Shown in pieces: positions 1-10,399 of a DNA stretch of 64,000 bases. The notes under the pieces are model-generated. The model was not told the origin of the DNA and did no database searches. It saw only the letters and a list, made by a program, of their open reading frames with translations. Origin of the DNA: Gracilinanus agilis (Eukaryota); contig NC_058130.1 in assembly GCF_016433145.1 (NCBI RefSeq), positions 777,971,002 to 778,035,001 on the forward strand, written 5' to 3'. Numbering within the stretch: position 1 is the stretch's first letter; every line of letters starts with the position of its first letter. The translations under genes and the position numbers were made by a program.

Positions 1-1190
1 TCTCCTTGGGAAATCAATCTAACAGTGGTATTGGTGGGTCTAAAGATATACACCGTTTTAACAAAGTTCTTTCTACATTTTAGATATGAGACTTTTATCT
101 GAGAAACTGTCTATAAGATCCCCACCCCTAGTTTTCTGCCTTCTAATCTTAAGTACATTAGTTTTATTTGTGCAAAACCTCTTCAGTTTAATGTGATGAG
201 AATTATCTATTTTACATTTCACAATGCTCTCTGTCTCTTGTTTATTGATAAATTCCTGTCCTATCCATAAATCTGATAGGTAGTATTTCCTTGTTCTCCT
301 AATTTGCTTATGTTTCCCATTATGCCTAAGTCATTTATATCCATTTTAACCAAATATTATGGTATAAGATAGTGGTATTATATCTAGCTTCTGCCAAACT
401 GCTTTCCAACTTTCCCAATATTTCACCAAATAGTGAATTCTTAAACCCAAAACATGGATCTATGCTTTTGTCAAATACAAGGTTGCTGCTATAATCTTTT
501 ATTACTGTTTGTTGTATGTCTGTTCTGTTCCACTGATCCACCTTTCTGTTTCTTAGTCAGTACCAGATAGTTTTGGCAGTTACTGCTTTATAATATAATT
601 TAAAATCTGGTACTGCTAGACTCCCTTCCTTTGCATTTGTTTCATTAATTCCTTTGATATTTGTGATCTTTTGTTCTTTCAAACTAATTGTTATTTTTCT
701 AGCTTGATAAAATTTCTTGATAATTTAATTGGGATGACATTGAATAATTAGATTAGTTTAGGTGGGACTGTCATCTTAATTATATTGGCTCTACCCAGCC
801 ACACAAAATATTTCTCCAATTATTGAAATCTAACTTTATTTTTTTAAAGTGTTTTATAATTACGTGTATGTAGTTCCTGGGTTGGTTTTAGCAGGTATAC
901 TCCCAGGTACTTTATTCTGGCTGGTTATTTTAAGTGTGGTATCTCCGACTCTTTTCACAGGATTTTGTTAGTAACATATATAATTGCTTATGATTTACAT
1001 GAGTTTATTTTATATCCTGCTACCTTGCAAAAGTTATTGGTAGTTCCACCCAATTTTTTTATTGCATCTGTAGGATTTTCCACAGCTACTATCATATCAT
1101 CTTCAAAAAGTGATAGCTTGTTACCACTTTGCCCATTCTGATTCCTTCTGTTTCTGTTTCTTTTCTTATTACTATTGTGCTAGCATTTCT

Positions 1191-1407
1191 TTTTCTTTTA
1201 AATTAAAAAAAATTTTTTTTAAACCCTTACCTTCTGTCTTGGAGTCAATACTGTGTATTGGATCCAAGGCAGAAGAGTGTTAGACAATGGGGGTCAAGTG
1301 ACTTGCCTAGGGTCACACAGCTGGGAGGTGTCTGAGGCCAGATTTGAACCTAGGACTTCCTATCTCTAAGCCTGGCTCTCAATCCACTGAGCTACCCAGC
1401 TGCCTCC
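1191..1407 (-). mobile_element. Opossum-type CORE-SINE (SINE1_Mdo-like)
   Basis: Typical body (gtcaagtgacttgcctagggtcacacagctggg...gatttgaacctagg...ccactgagctacccagctgcc), a T-rich tail and a 15-bp TSD TGTGCTAGCATTTCT at 1176-1190 and 1408-1422. Confidence 0.95.
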
Positions 1408-1574
1408 TGTGCTAGCATTTCTAATACAGTATTAAACAATATTGAGATAAAGGGCATTCCTGTTTAACGCTTAATCTTATTGGGAAAGCTTCTCTGGCTT
1501 ACCCATCTTACAAATAATACTTGCTGGTGGTTTTAGGTAGATCCTTTCTTATACCTATGCTTTCTAGTGTTTTT

Positions 1575-1764
1575 TTAAACCTTACTTTCCATCTTGGAGT
1601 CAGTACTGTGTATTGGATATAAGCATAAGAGTGGTAAGGGCTAGGCAATGGGAGTTAAGTGACTTGCCCAGGGTCACACAGCTAGAAAGTGTCTGAGACC
1701 AGATTTTAACCTGGGACCTCCCATCTCTAGACCACCAATCCACAGAGCCACCCAGCTGCCCCCC
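1575..1764 (-). mobile_element. SINE1_Mdo-like SINE
   Basis: Same SINE body; TSD TTTCTAGTGTTTTT at 1561 and 1765. Confidence 0.93.
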
Positions 1765-3004
1765 TTTCTAGTGTTTTTCATAGGAATGAGTGTTGAATTT
1801 TGTCAGAAACTTTTTCTACATCTATTAATTTAATCATATTGTTTTTGTTACTCTTGTTATCCATATAATTGATTATATTGATAATTTTCCTTTTATTGAA
1901 CCAGCCCTGCATTCCTGGTATAAATCCTGTTTGGTCACAATATATATAATTTTTGTGACATATTGTAGTCTGCTAGGTAGTATTTTATTTAGGATTTGTG
2001 CATCCATATTCATTAATGAAATTGGTATATAAATTTCTCTGCTTTTACTCTTCTAGGTTTAGGTATCAGTATCATATTTGTTTCATAAAAGGAGTTTGGT
2101 AGGAATTTTCTTCTTTATTATTTAAGATAATTTATTTAGTAAATTGGAATTAGTTGATCTTTATTGAATTCAATTATAAATCCAATTGTAAAGCCCTGAC
2201 ATTTTTTTTAGAAGTTCATTTAATGGATTGTTCAACATTTCTTCCTGAAATAGATTTATCTGGATATTCTATTTGCTTCTCTGATAGTCTAGGCACTTTA
2301 TACTTTTTTGGTTTTCTTCCATTTCACTTACATTGTTAAAATATTTTGCCATATAATTGGGCAATGTAACTCCCAATAATTGCTTTGATTTATCTTCATT
2401 GGTGGCATATTTACCTTTCCATTTCTAATGCTAGTGCTTTTGTTTTCTTCTCTTTTCTAATCACATTAACCATTACTTTAATTTTTTTCATCAAACCAAC
2501 TATTAGTTTTGTTTATTCAATGGTTTTATTACATTTTATTTTTATTCATCTTGCCTTTAACTTTTAGATTTTCCTAATTTGATATTTAATTGTGGATTTT
2601 AAATTTCTTTTTTTCTATTTTTTTTAATTGCACATATGATCTTAAGAGGTATTTTAGGCCCACGAATAAAAATGCATACCTAGCAAAACAAGGAACCCTT
2701 CTAGGAGGATATAGCTATAATTTCATGTTATACAGCTCAATGTTTCATATCTTGTAAAATAAATAAATACCTTATCTTATTTCTTGTTGTCAAAGGATAG
2801 AATTGTTGAACGTTAGAGAGTAGAAAATGACCTTTGAATATATAGCACAGAATGTTTGTGCTGGGTGGGACTTTTACAATATAAAACATAGAATCTTGGA
2901 GCTGGAATAGACTTTGTAGAATAGAACATTGAAATCATCTAGTTCAAGCTTTTCCCTAAAAGGGAAAATGGTTTGTCCAAGGTTTCGTGTGAGTTAGTGG
3001 GAGA

Positions 3005-3112
3005 ATCAATTAAATCAAGAGACATTTATTGAATGCCTCTTATGTGCCAACTACTCTACTAAGCAGTGAAGATTCAAAGAAAGGCAGAAGAGAGCCTCTG
3101 CTATCAGAGAAC
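3005..3112 (-). mobile_element. L2 3' terminal tail
   Basis: The segment acatttattgaatgcctcttatgtgccaactact...gcctctgctatcagagaact is the reverse complement of the L2 3' end. Confidence 0.8.
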
Positions 3113-3360
3113 TTTTTTTTCCAGTCCTAGCTGACTTTGCTGAGGCCAGCCTTGCTTCTGCCCAAGCTCTGGGCCCTGTTGCCCAGGCTCTGGGCTCTTC
3201 AGCCTTGGGTCCCAGGTCTCACTGCCAAGGCCTTGCACTGCCCTCAGGGTTAAGTCTGTGGTGCCCTCAGCCAGCCTCTGAGAATTTAGAGACTGCCGGA
3301 CCCTCGCTCCAACTCTAGCGTGGTAGGTGGTGTAGAGGAGGGGTGATCAGCTTGTGGTAG
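3113..3360 (-). pseudogene. YBX3-like: Decayed YBX3 exon-1-like fragment joined to an L2 tail
   Basis: One minus-strand frame reads ...WDPRLKSPEPG...LGLEKKVL, compared with YBX3 QDPAPKSPVG...EDAEKKVL. ggaaaaaaaagttctc resembles YBX3 ggagaaaaaagttctc. accacaagctgatcac resembles unit 3 of the 17.3-18.7 kb array (accacaaccttgatcac). Confidence 0.6.
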
Positions 3361-3584
3361 TTTTACTCCCTTATAACATGGAAATCCCCAAACACTGCCT
3401 ACCTTTAAAGTTGTGCCCCACAGGAGAGCCCCTTTACTCATCTGATTTTGATTTTTGTCATTTTGAGATGTTTTGTAGTGATTGGTTGTGAGAAGTGTCC
3501 AAAAGTTCCTGCTACTCCATGGCCATCTTACCTCCACCCCATTGAAGTCCTTTTTAAGGAAAAGTAAAGTAGTGAGATATAGCC

Positions 3585-3765
3585 AAAAGAGCATTTGATG
3601 GAGAGGAGAAAAGAGGAAGACCTGGGGGCTCCTGCTCTCTTTGCTGCTCACTCCCAGAGTGCCTTTGGGCAAACATCTTCCCCTCCCTAAGTCTTACCTT
3701 CCTCATCTGTCAAATGAGGCAGTTGGAGGTCTCATAGCTCCAACGGTCTATGAATCTGTGATCTC
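3585..3765 (+). mobile_element. MIR/MIR3 SINE relic
   Basis: CORE motif ttcctcatctgtcaaatgagg followed by the ctatgaatctgtgatc tail. Confidence 0.7.
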
Positions 3766-3829
3766 TAAGGATCCTCCAACTTCTGCTGATATTCTCTTCC
3801 CTAATTAGTGTTATTCAGTTAATTCCAAA

Positions 3830-3975
3830 TTTAGAGCTGAAAGGGATATTAAGAGATGATTGAATCTAATCCCAACCATTTTCCAGATGAAGAAGCTGAA
3901 AGATTAAAGAATTTTTGCCAAGGTCATAAATAGTATGTAGCAGAGTAGGATTGGAACTCCTCTGACTCACATTCT
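3830..3975 (-). mobile_element. MIR relic
   Basis: cattttccagatgaagaagctga...gccaaggtcat matches the reverse CORE. Confidence 0.7.
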
Positions 3976-4429
3976 ACCACAGTGCTAACTTGCCACCCAA
4001 ATTAGAGAATATTTCAGACATACACCGATGCTCATTGCCAGTCTTAAATGTTCATGGTTTTGAGGCTTCATTTCAATTGGATAATCCTTTTGACATCCCA
4101 GGTTGAAGGAATGTCATTGCTTAAGCAGAACATTCTCAAGGCAGCTAGTAGTAGCTTTTTCTTTTCCGATGTGAGTCAGGCAAGTCTTTCTTTTTTCTAA
4201 CTAATTTGAAGATACAGAGTATTGAATTTTTGGTAACTGGAACCATGGGATTTTAAGGCTTGCATTCTGCCCCTGAGAATAAGGGCAGCTCTGTAGTAGA
4301 CGGTGTGTGTTTTTCCTAATTCCTGGGGAGCCCCCGGTTCCTACTTCAAGGAGGCAGTGTTCAAATTGGCAAAAGTACTTTTTTAATGACTGTTTTTTTA
4401 AAGCCATTTAGGGATGGGAGTGAGGAATA

Positions 4430-4825
4430 CAACTTGGAGGAAGGGGGGACTAGGAGGGAGGGAAACTTTTGGCAAGAGAGAAGAGACATGAATAATTGGA
4501 GAGTGGTATCTTTGCCCTATTGGTTGTGACAGGGAAGGGCGGGGGAGTGTGGGAGCCTTTGAGCTGGCTGGGAGTGCAAGCTGCTTGAGTTATTGGGGGG
4601 GGGGTGCATCTCCAGCCTAGGAGCTGGCAGCTGTCCATGGTGCTGATCTGGGTTCTGCTGCCCAGCCCAGCCCAGCAGCAGCTTGTCCTTGGCCAAGGAG
4701 GGGTACTTGGAGCTGCAGCCAATGATCCAGGCCAGAGATTACTCGCCTTTCCTCCCCCTGCCTTAGCGCGGCAGCAGAATGGACTGAGGGCGGGGTTTAA
4801 GGGAGGCAGCAGTGGTTTGGCAGCA
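4430..4825 (+). promoter_or_regulatory. Pol II promoter of a + strand gene
   Basis: GC-rich and repeat-free. Inverted CCAAT at 4519-4523, GC box at 4537-4545, CCAAT at 4719-4723, GC box GGGCGG at 4788-4793, TATA-like TTTAAG at 4796-4801. An AP-1 site TGAGTCA lies upstream at 4172-4178. Confidence 0.7.
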
Positions 4826-4893
4826 GCGGCTGAGAGAGCCTCCTGTGGCCCCCCGAATCTGAACCAGCCCCTAACCCAGGAGCCCCTCCCCTG
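4826..4893 (+). other. Putative non-coding first exon (TSS approximate)
   Basis: Starts about 25-30 nt after the TATA-like element and ends at a consensus donor CTG|GTGAGT (4894-4899). It contains no ATG. Confidence 0.65.
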
Positions 4894-5051
4894 GTGAGTC
4901 CCAGCAAAGATGGGCAGACATATGGAGTCGGGGTTGGGGGGGGACAGTTTTTGGTGAATGGAAGGAGGCAAGAGAATATTCATTGCTTCTCCCATCCATC
5001 TCATTTCTAGTTCTAAAAGGTTTGGGGTTGTGGGGATCATTGAGGTGGGGA

Positions 5052-5084
5052 GGCGGGGCAAGAAGGTGCCAAGTCTCTTATAAA
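5052..5084 (+). promoter_or_regulatory. Second GC box plus TATAAA, possible alternative core promoter
   Basis: GGCGGGG at 5052-5058 and TATAAA at 5079-5084. Confidence 0.35.
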
Positions 5085-5544
5085 CCCCAGGGACTAGAGT
5101 GCTATATTGGGCTTCCAGGGTCAGATGGGAGGAAAGGGGAGGATGTCCTCCGGACATCTCCAGACAGGTTTGGTCCCTGGGCTAGGATTGTAAAAGGTGT
5201 GGGGGGGGGCCACCTTTCTCAATCTCAATACAAAGGACTGGTCCCAGAATAGCTCCTCTCTGCCTGGTTATCTCTGGATAGAGGCCATCTTTTAGGAGCT
5301 GAAGGGTTCACAAATATTAGAGAGGCTTCAAGGCAAATACTTTCCCCACCCATTTCTCTAGTCCTGGCTGAGGCATTTGAATTGAGGGCTGTGTGATGGG
5401 GTGGAGGGGGGGAGCACTTGGATTCTCATAGTTAGACCTGGGAATTTGGAAGTAGACACGGGCTTTTTGCAGGAGTTGGCTGTTCCCTGCAAGTGTGTGT
5501 GAGTGATTGTGTGTGTTTGTGTTTGTGTGTCTGTGTTTTCCCAG

Positions 5545-5623
5545 CACGAAAAGGTGATTTTAAAACTCTGAGTGGTATCTGCCATAGGAAATGAGAGTCT
5601 CGTGCCGGGCTTCCAGCCTCTGA
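5545..5623 (+). other. Candidate 5' UTR exon (79 nt)
   Basis: A UG-rich tract, then TTTTCCCAG| at 5544; donor TGA|GTAAGC at 5624. Confidence 0.4.
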
Positions 5624-6473
5624 GTAAGCAGTTCTGGGTCACACTGGGAAGCTGCACAACCAGAGAAGCCCTGATCCCCCCAAGTCCCCCCAAAGCTGCC
5701 CCCTCCTATCTTGGAGCATCCGGCCAGGGGGGGAGATGTGTTTAAACTTCATGGGTCACCTCTGCCTCCGAACCCACCAGAGTGCGGTCCCCATCTCCAT
5801 CACCTGGCAAGGTCAGACTCACAGATAGGATCTCAGAATGCTATTGTTTGTACTCTACTGGTCAGACAGTGGGTTGAGTGGGTTGGGGCAAATGGAGAAA
5901 AGAAGAAGGGTCCTCTTAACTAGTAGGGGAAATGAAGATGTTGAACTGAAGCATATTCCGGGGCAAAAGGGACATTGGTTCCAACTAGCTAAATGTGAAT
6001 GAAACTTTATTCTAAAAGGTCCTAAGAGCTGTATTTTCTGTGTCATCTTATTTATAAAATGCAATTTGAGTTCACTGGAGATTCTGGCAGAGACCATCCT
6101 TTTGGAGGATTCCAAGATGCTGGAAATTCCAAGATAATGGAAATGAATTTGAAAAGATTTGTAAGATTATACACTGGTTCTAGAGTTAGTGAATTACATG
6201 GTGCTGCAGTGCTGGCAAAAATAAATGCCAAGATTCTATTAAATTACTCTTGTAAAGCAAATGTCTTAGGAGGTCTGTCCTGTTTAGTATGTTCCAGTTT
6301 GTGGAAGAAAGTACCAGGGGAAAAAGAAAAGGGGAGAACATGATCCCTTCTTAACTTTTCAAAGTAAAGGAAGATGGGAACCAACTCATTTGCCAGATTG
6401 CTCTTTTTGGCCGGTTTTTTACCCTTTTGGCCACTTATTTTTTCGATCAAAAATATTAACATCTCACCAGTTC

Positions 6474-6572
6474 TGTGTCACTGATAAATGGAGGTCAGGA
6501 TTGAGAACTGTCTGTTTGCTTTGGTTTGACATGTCTGAAACTCACATGCCAACTTGGTTGAGTTCTTTTTCA
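6474..6572 (+). other. Candidate alternative 5' exon (donor supported, 5' end uncertain)
   Basis: Donor TCA|GTAAGT at 6573 in unique sequence. Confidence 0.3.
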
Positions 6573-6799
6573 GTAAGTTAAAAGATTAAATTCTGTTCTA
6601 AGAGTTATGGAGCATTGCAGTGAAGATGTGTATCTGTGGTGTGAGAGGGGGCTCTCATATTTCCTACTTTGGTTCTAGAATCATTGATAATTAAAATATT
6701 TTTACATAACTGAATCATGTTTTTTGGATTATTGTCTTGGTTTTTAAAGTGTGTACCAAGCCTGGGTTACCTTTAGAAACACTTGAGATTTTACTTTAA

Positions 6800-6990
6800 A
6801 GATCTTAGAACATAAACATAGATCCTTTCCTGTTCTGTTGTTCTTAGAACAGAGAATATCAGGGCTGTAAAACAAGACTTGTAGAATGTCAGGCCTGAAG
6901 GAGGCCCTTATAATCTTGATAAAATATCGGTATTAGAAAAGGCCTTAGAATGATAGAATATAAAATATTATGTTTGGAAGGGGACTTGGG
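6800..6990. repeat. Degenerate short tandem array of MIR/CR1-tail-like TAGAA..AG.CTGGAAGG..CCTT units
   Basis: Recurrent tagaac/tagaat...ggaagg...cctt motifs about 30-45 bp apart; a similar patch lies at 2805-2940. Confidence 0.5.
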
Positions 6991-7285
6991 AATTTTTAAT
7001 ATGATGGAAGCTGCCACTATTTTTGTCCATAGTTTGAGTTATTTAAAACCTCCTTTATAATTAAGTTGGGTTCCAATTTACTTCTGTAACTAAAGAAAAA
7101 GATACCATTTGAATCTTACTATGTAATACAGTGGTAGGTTTTTCTATCTGTTTTGTATCTTCTATTAATATTGGTTTATTTTTTTACCATTTATTGATCT
7201 GAAAATAATTTTCAAATCTAACCCTCTCCCATTTCCACTCATCAAACCATCCTTTGAAATAGAGAAAGAGGAAAATAAGCAGTTC

Positions 7286-7400
7286 ATTGTGTGACCCTGG
7301 ACAAGTCATTTAATCTCAATTGCCTAGCCCCTAAGCTATTCTGCCTTGGAACTGATACTTAGTATTAATTCTAAGACAAAAGGTAAGAGTTTTTTTTAAA
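7286..7400 (+). mobile_element. 5'-truncated SINE1_Mdo-like SINE
   Basis: gtgtgaccctggacaagtcatttaatctcaattgcctagccc...ctaagacaaaaggtaagag. Confidence 0.85.
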
Positions 7401-8050
7401 AATCAGTTCAGCAAAACTAACTGAAACATCAGCCAAATCTGGCAAATTCACCAACGTCAGACTCATAGCCAAACTCATCTATAAAACAGGGATCAACATC
7501 TTGGCATCTCTGCATGAAAAGGATAGAGGAACATTTTCCTATTCCTTCTCTGAGGCCAAACTTGGTTATTTTAATTACATAGCATTTAGTTTTATGATTT
7601 TGTCATTGTTATTATCATTTCCATTTTTGCAGTGTTTGTGCGGTTGGGGGCAGGGTTGGCTCTACATCATTCATTTTGCATAAATCTTCTCACGTTTCAT
7701 TTAACTCTTCATCTTCTTTGTTTTTATATGGCACAGTAGTATTACATTCTTATATAACAGCTTATTTATCTATTTCCCAATCAATAGGTATATCTACTTT
7801 GTCTCAGTTCTTTGCTAGCACAGAAATATTGCTATGACTATTTTGGTGTATCTGGGACTCCCTTTTTAGTTTTTAACTTCTTTGGGGTTCATACCTAAAA
7901 GTGGGTCTCTGGATCAAAGTATTGCTTGGATATTTTAAGCAATTTTTAGCATAATTCTGAATTGTTTTCCAAAATGGTTGGACCACTAATACATAGATAG
8001 TTACTGTACCTCTTTTTAATGCTGGTTTCCCTTAAACACATGCATTTTAT

Positions 8051-8074
8051 GTGTGTGTGTGTGTGTGTGTGTGT
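8051..8074. repeat. (GT)12 microsatellite
   Basis: Read directly from the sequence. Confidence 0.95.
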
Positions 8075-8683
8075 ACACAAGTTAGATCTTTGATTCACGG
8101 AAAACCTCCATGTTACTAACCTTAGAATTGTGGGCAGGTATATTTTTGTGTCCTTACTGTATGATCTTGGTCAAGTCAGTTCCTCACTCAGGATCTTCAC
8201 TTCCTCTGTAAAATAATAGAATTGACTTGATAATCTTATAAGGTCCTTTGTTGCAATAACATTCAATTGATCTTTGTTTCTTTTACAACCAACATTGAAC
8301 AACAATAGTACTCTGCTTGTGGTAAATGTTTAAGAAATGCTTGTAGAAACCGAGACCATGGGACAGGTTTCATGTCAGTGAAGGTGCTAGACAACCCCAA
8401 CCAATGATTTAGGTAGCTGGTGGGAAATTTCAATTGAAAATAGATTTTTTTAAACAGGTGTGATATCCATATTGGTGTATAAATTAAATAAGAAGTGTAC
8501 TGTTGTGGGGAAAAATTATGGATCCAGGATACTGTCAGTTTTGCTAATCTAAAAGGCTCAAAGTTTTAATTTGATTTTAACTTAAGTTGGGTTTTAATTA
8601 TTTTTAGTGATTGGAACATTTTTGTATAACTTTTGATAACTTGGATTTTTTTCCTCTGAAAACTTGCCTGTTCATATCCTTTT

Positions 8684-8862
8684 TTTTTAAACCCTTAACT
8701 TCTGTGTATTGACTTATAGGTGGAAGAGTGGTAAGGGTGGGCAATGGGGGTCAAGTGACTTGCCCAGGGTCACACAGCTGGGAAGTGTCTGAGGCCGGAT
8801 TTGAACCTAGGACCTCCTGTCTCTAGGCCTGGCTCTCAATCCACTGAGCTACCCAGCTGCCC
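8684..8862 (-). mobile_element. Young SINE1_Mdo-like SINE
   Basis: Near-consensus body; 17-bp TSD CCTGTTCATATCCTTTT at 8667-8683 and 8863-8879. Confidence 0.96.
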
Positions 8863-9469
8863 CCTGTTCATATCCTTTTACTATTTATTTATCAATTGGG
8901 TAATGTCTCTCATAAATTCTTATAACCTTGTATGTTTATATCTTGTAAAAAATGAAACATTTTTCAGAGAAACTTAACAATAAAGATTTTCTCCCAGTAA
9001 TCACTACTTCCCTATTGATTTTAACTGCATTGGGTTTTGTTTGTCCACAGAATTTTAAATTTTATATAATCTCTTCTTGCTCTTCCTCCACCAAGTCCAG
9101 GTAAAGGTCCCTCTTTGGATCCACCATTTGTGGTTAGAATTTGTTTTGCTTATCACCAAAACCTTGCTGATCCTATCTTCCTCCTGTTCTCCTTCTCTCC
9201 CTCCTCTTTATCTCCTTTTCCTCTGTTGAGAGAATTCATTTTTCCTACCAGCTGGGTAGTATCTGTATTCTTGATTCCTTTGACAGTTTCAGATGAAAGT
9301 TAGGTTCAGGTACCTTCCACTCCTCCCACCCCTTCCCTTCCTTGTTTGTATAGTCTTCTGCTTTCATACCTGATGATGTGATGAGATCATTTCTCCTATC
9401 CTTTTTTACCCTCTTTCTGTCTTCCTTTAAGATCACCAAAACATAACAAAATAGATACCAAGGTGGCAT

Positions 9470-9680
9470 AGTAGGTAAGATTGTTGATCTGGGAGCCAGA
9501 AAGCTCAAATCTTATCTCACAAGACACTTGTTAAATATCCCTGGGCAGGTCATTTTATTTGCCTTAGTCTCCTCATCTTTAAGATGGAGACCTCACATGT
9601 TTGTTTTGGATATCAAATGAAATAATGTGTAAAGTATTTTGCATATAGAAATATTATTATAGAAGTATTAGCTATTGTCA
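9470..9680 (+). mobile_element. MIR relic
   Basis: CORE ccctgggcaggtcattt...ctcctcatctttaagatgg and a gatatcaaatgaaataatgt tail. Confidence 0.7.
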
Positions 9681-9759
9681 TATTTAATAATAGGAATATA
9701 GCCACTTCAAGGCCTTCCATCTTATTCTTTCTAGAAACCTTGATGTTAAGGGTTTGTTT

Positions 9760-9938
9760 TTTTAACTCTTACTTTGTCTTAGTAACAACTCTAAGACAGA
9801 AGGGCAAGAGATAGGCAATCGGGGTTAAATGACTTGCCCAGAGTCACACAGCTAGGAAGCATCTGAGGCCAGATTTGAACCTAGAACCTCTTAACTCCAA
9901 GACTAGTACTCTATCTACTATGCCACTTAGCTACCCCA
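9760..9938 (-). mobile_element. Older marsupial CORE-SINE
   Basis: gacttgcccagagtcacacagctaggaagcatctgaggccagatttgaacc. Confidence 0.85.
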
Positions 9939-9971
9939 AATATTAAGGTTTTAAGGGAAATGTGTATCATC

Positions 9972-10232
9972 TAGGAAGCCAGGTAATTCAGTGGATAAGA
10001 GTGATGGGCCTGGAGTCAGGAAGATTCATCTTCCTGAATTTAAATCTGGCCTCAGGAAGCCCAGGCTGTCACTCTGAGCAAGTCACTTAACCATATTTGC
10101 CTCAGTTTCCTAATTTGTCAAATGAACTGGATAAGTAAATGGCAACATGCTCCAGGTTCTTTGCCAAAAGAAACCCAAATGGGGTCATGAGCATCAGGCA
10201 TGAGAAACAACTGAACAACAACAAACAATACA
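9972..10232 (+). mobile_element. MAR1-type SINE (CORE plus RTE-like tail)
   Basis: A tRNA-like head and CORE, then aaatggcaacatgctccagg...gaaacccaaatggggtcatg...aactgaacaacaacaa. Confidence 0.8.
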
Positions 10233-10399
10233 TATCATCTTCCTCTCTTAGAATTTAAAGCTTTCATCTTTGTTTAGTCCTTTGTGAATTGTTGTTTTTA
10301 CCTTTTTGTGTTTATTCTCAACTCTTAGGTTTGTATTTCAAAAAGCCTGTGTCTCCCAGTCTTTAAAAATCCTCACATTCCCACTAGTTGTCACCCTGT

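Larger units (their letters stand above)
1..2640 (-). mobile_element. Degenerate L1 ORF2 fragment, interrupted by two SINEs
   Basis: The minus strand gives L1 ORF2-like peptides (ORF 335-541 DQWNR...LVFDK; GGLAVPD-type segment near 605-625), with many stops and frameshifts. Confidence 0.9.
7180..9080 (-). mobile_element. Old marsupial L1-derived element (3' UTR plus deleted ORF2 pieces), interrupted
   Basis: L1 3'-end motifs in reverse (ttcccaatcaatagg, cctaaaagtggg, ttttccaaaatggttggacca, ttttaatttgatt). Confidence 0.7.

Noticed and set aside
4604-4897. 97-aa ORF with a signal-peptide-like start (MVLIWVLLPSPAQQQ...)
   Set aside because: It runs through the CCAAT, GC and TATA-like promoter elements, its first start is non-ATG (GTG), and I recognise no protein family. 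Long ORFs arise easily in GC-rich DNA.
4450-5157. Longest ORF in the track (235 aa, minus strand)
   Set aside because: Pro/Gly/Ala-rich low-information translation of the GC-rich promoter, with no recognisable homology.
6526-6552. Possible p53 response element (GACATGTCT...CACATGCC)
   Set aside because: Both half-sites have mismatches and the spacing is non-optimal; the match is too weak.
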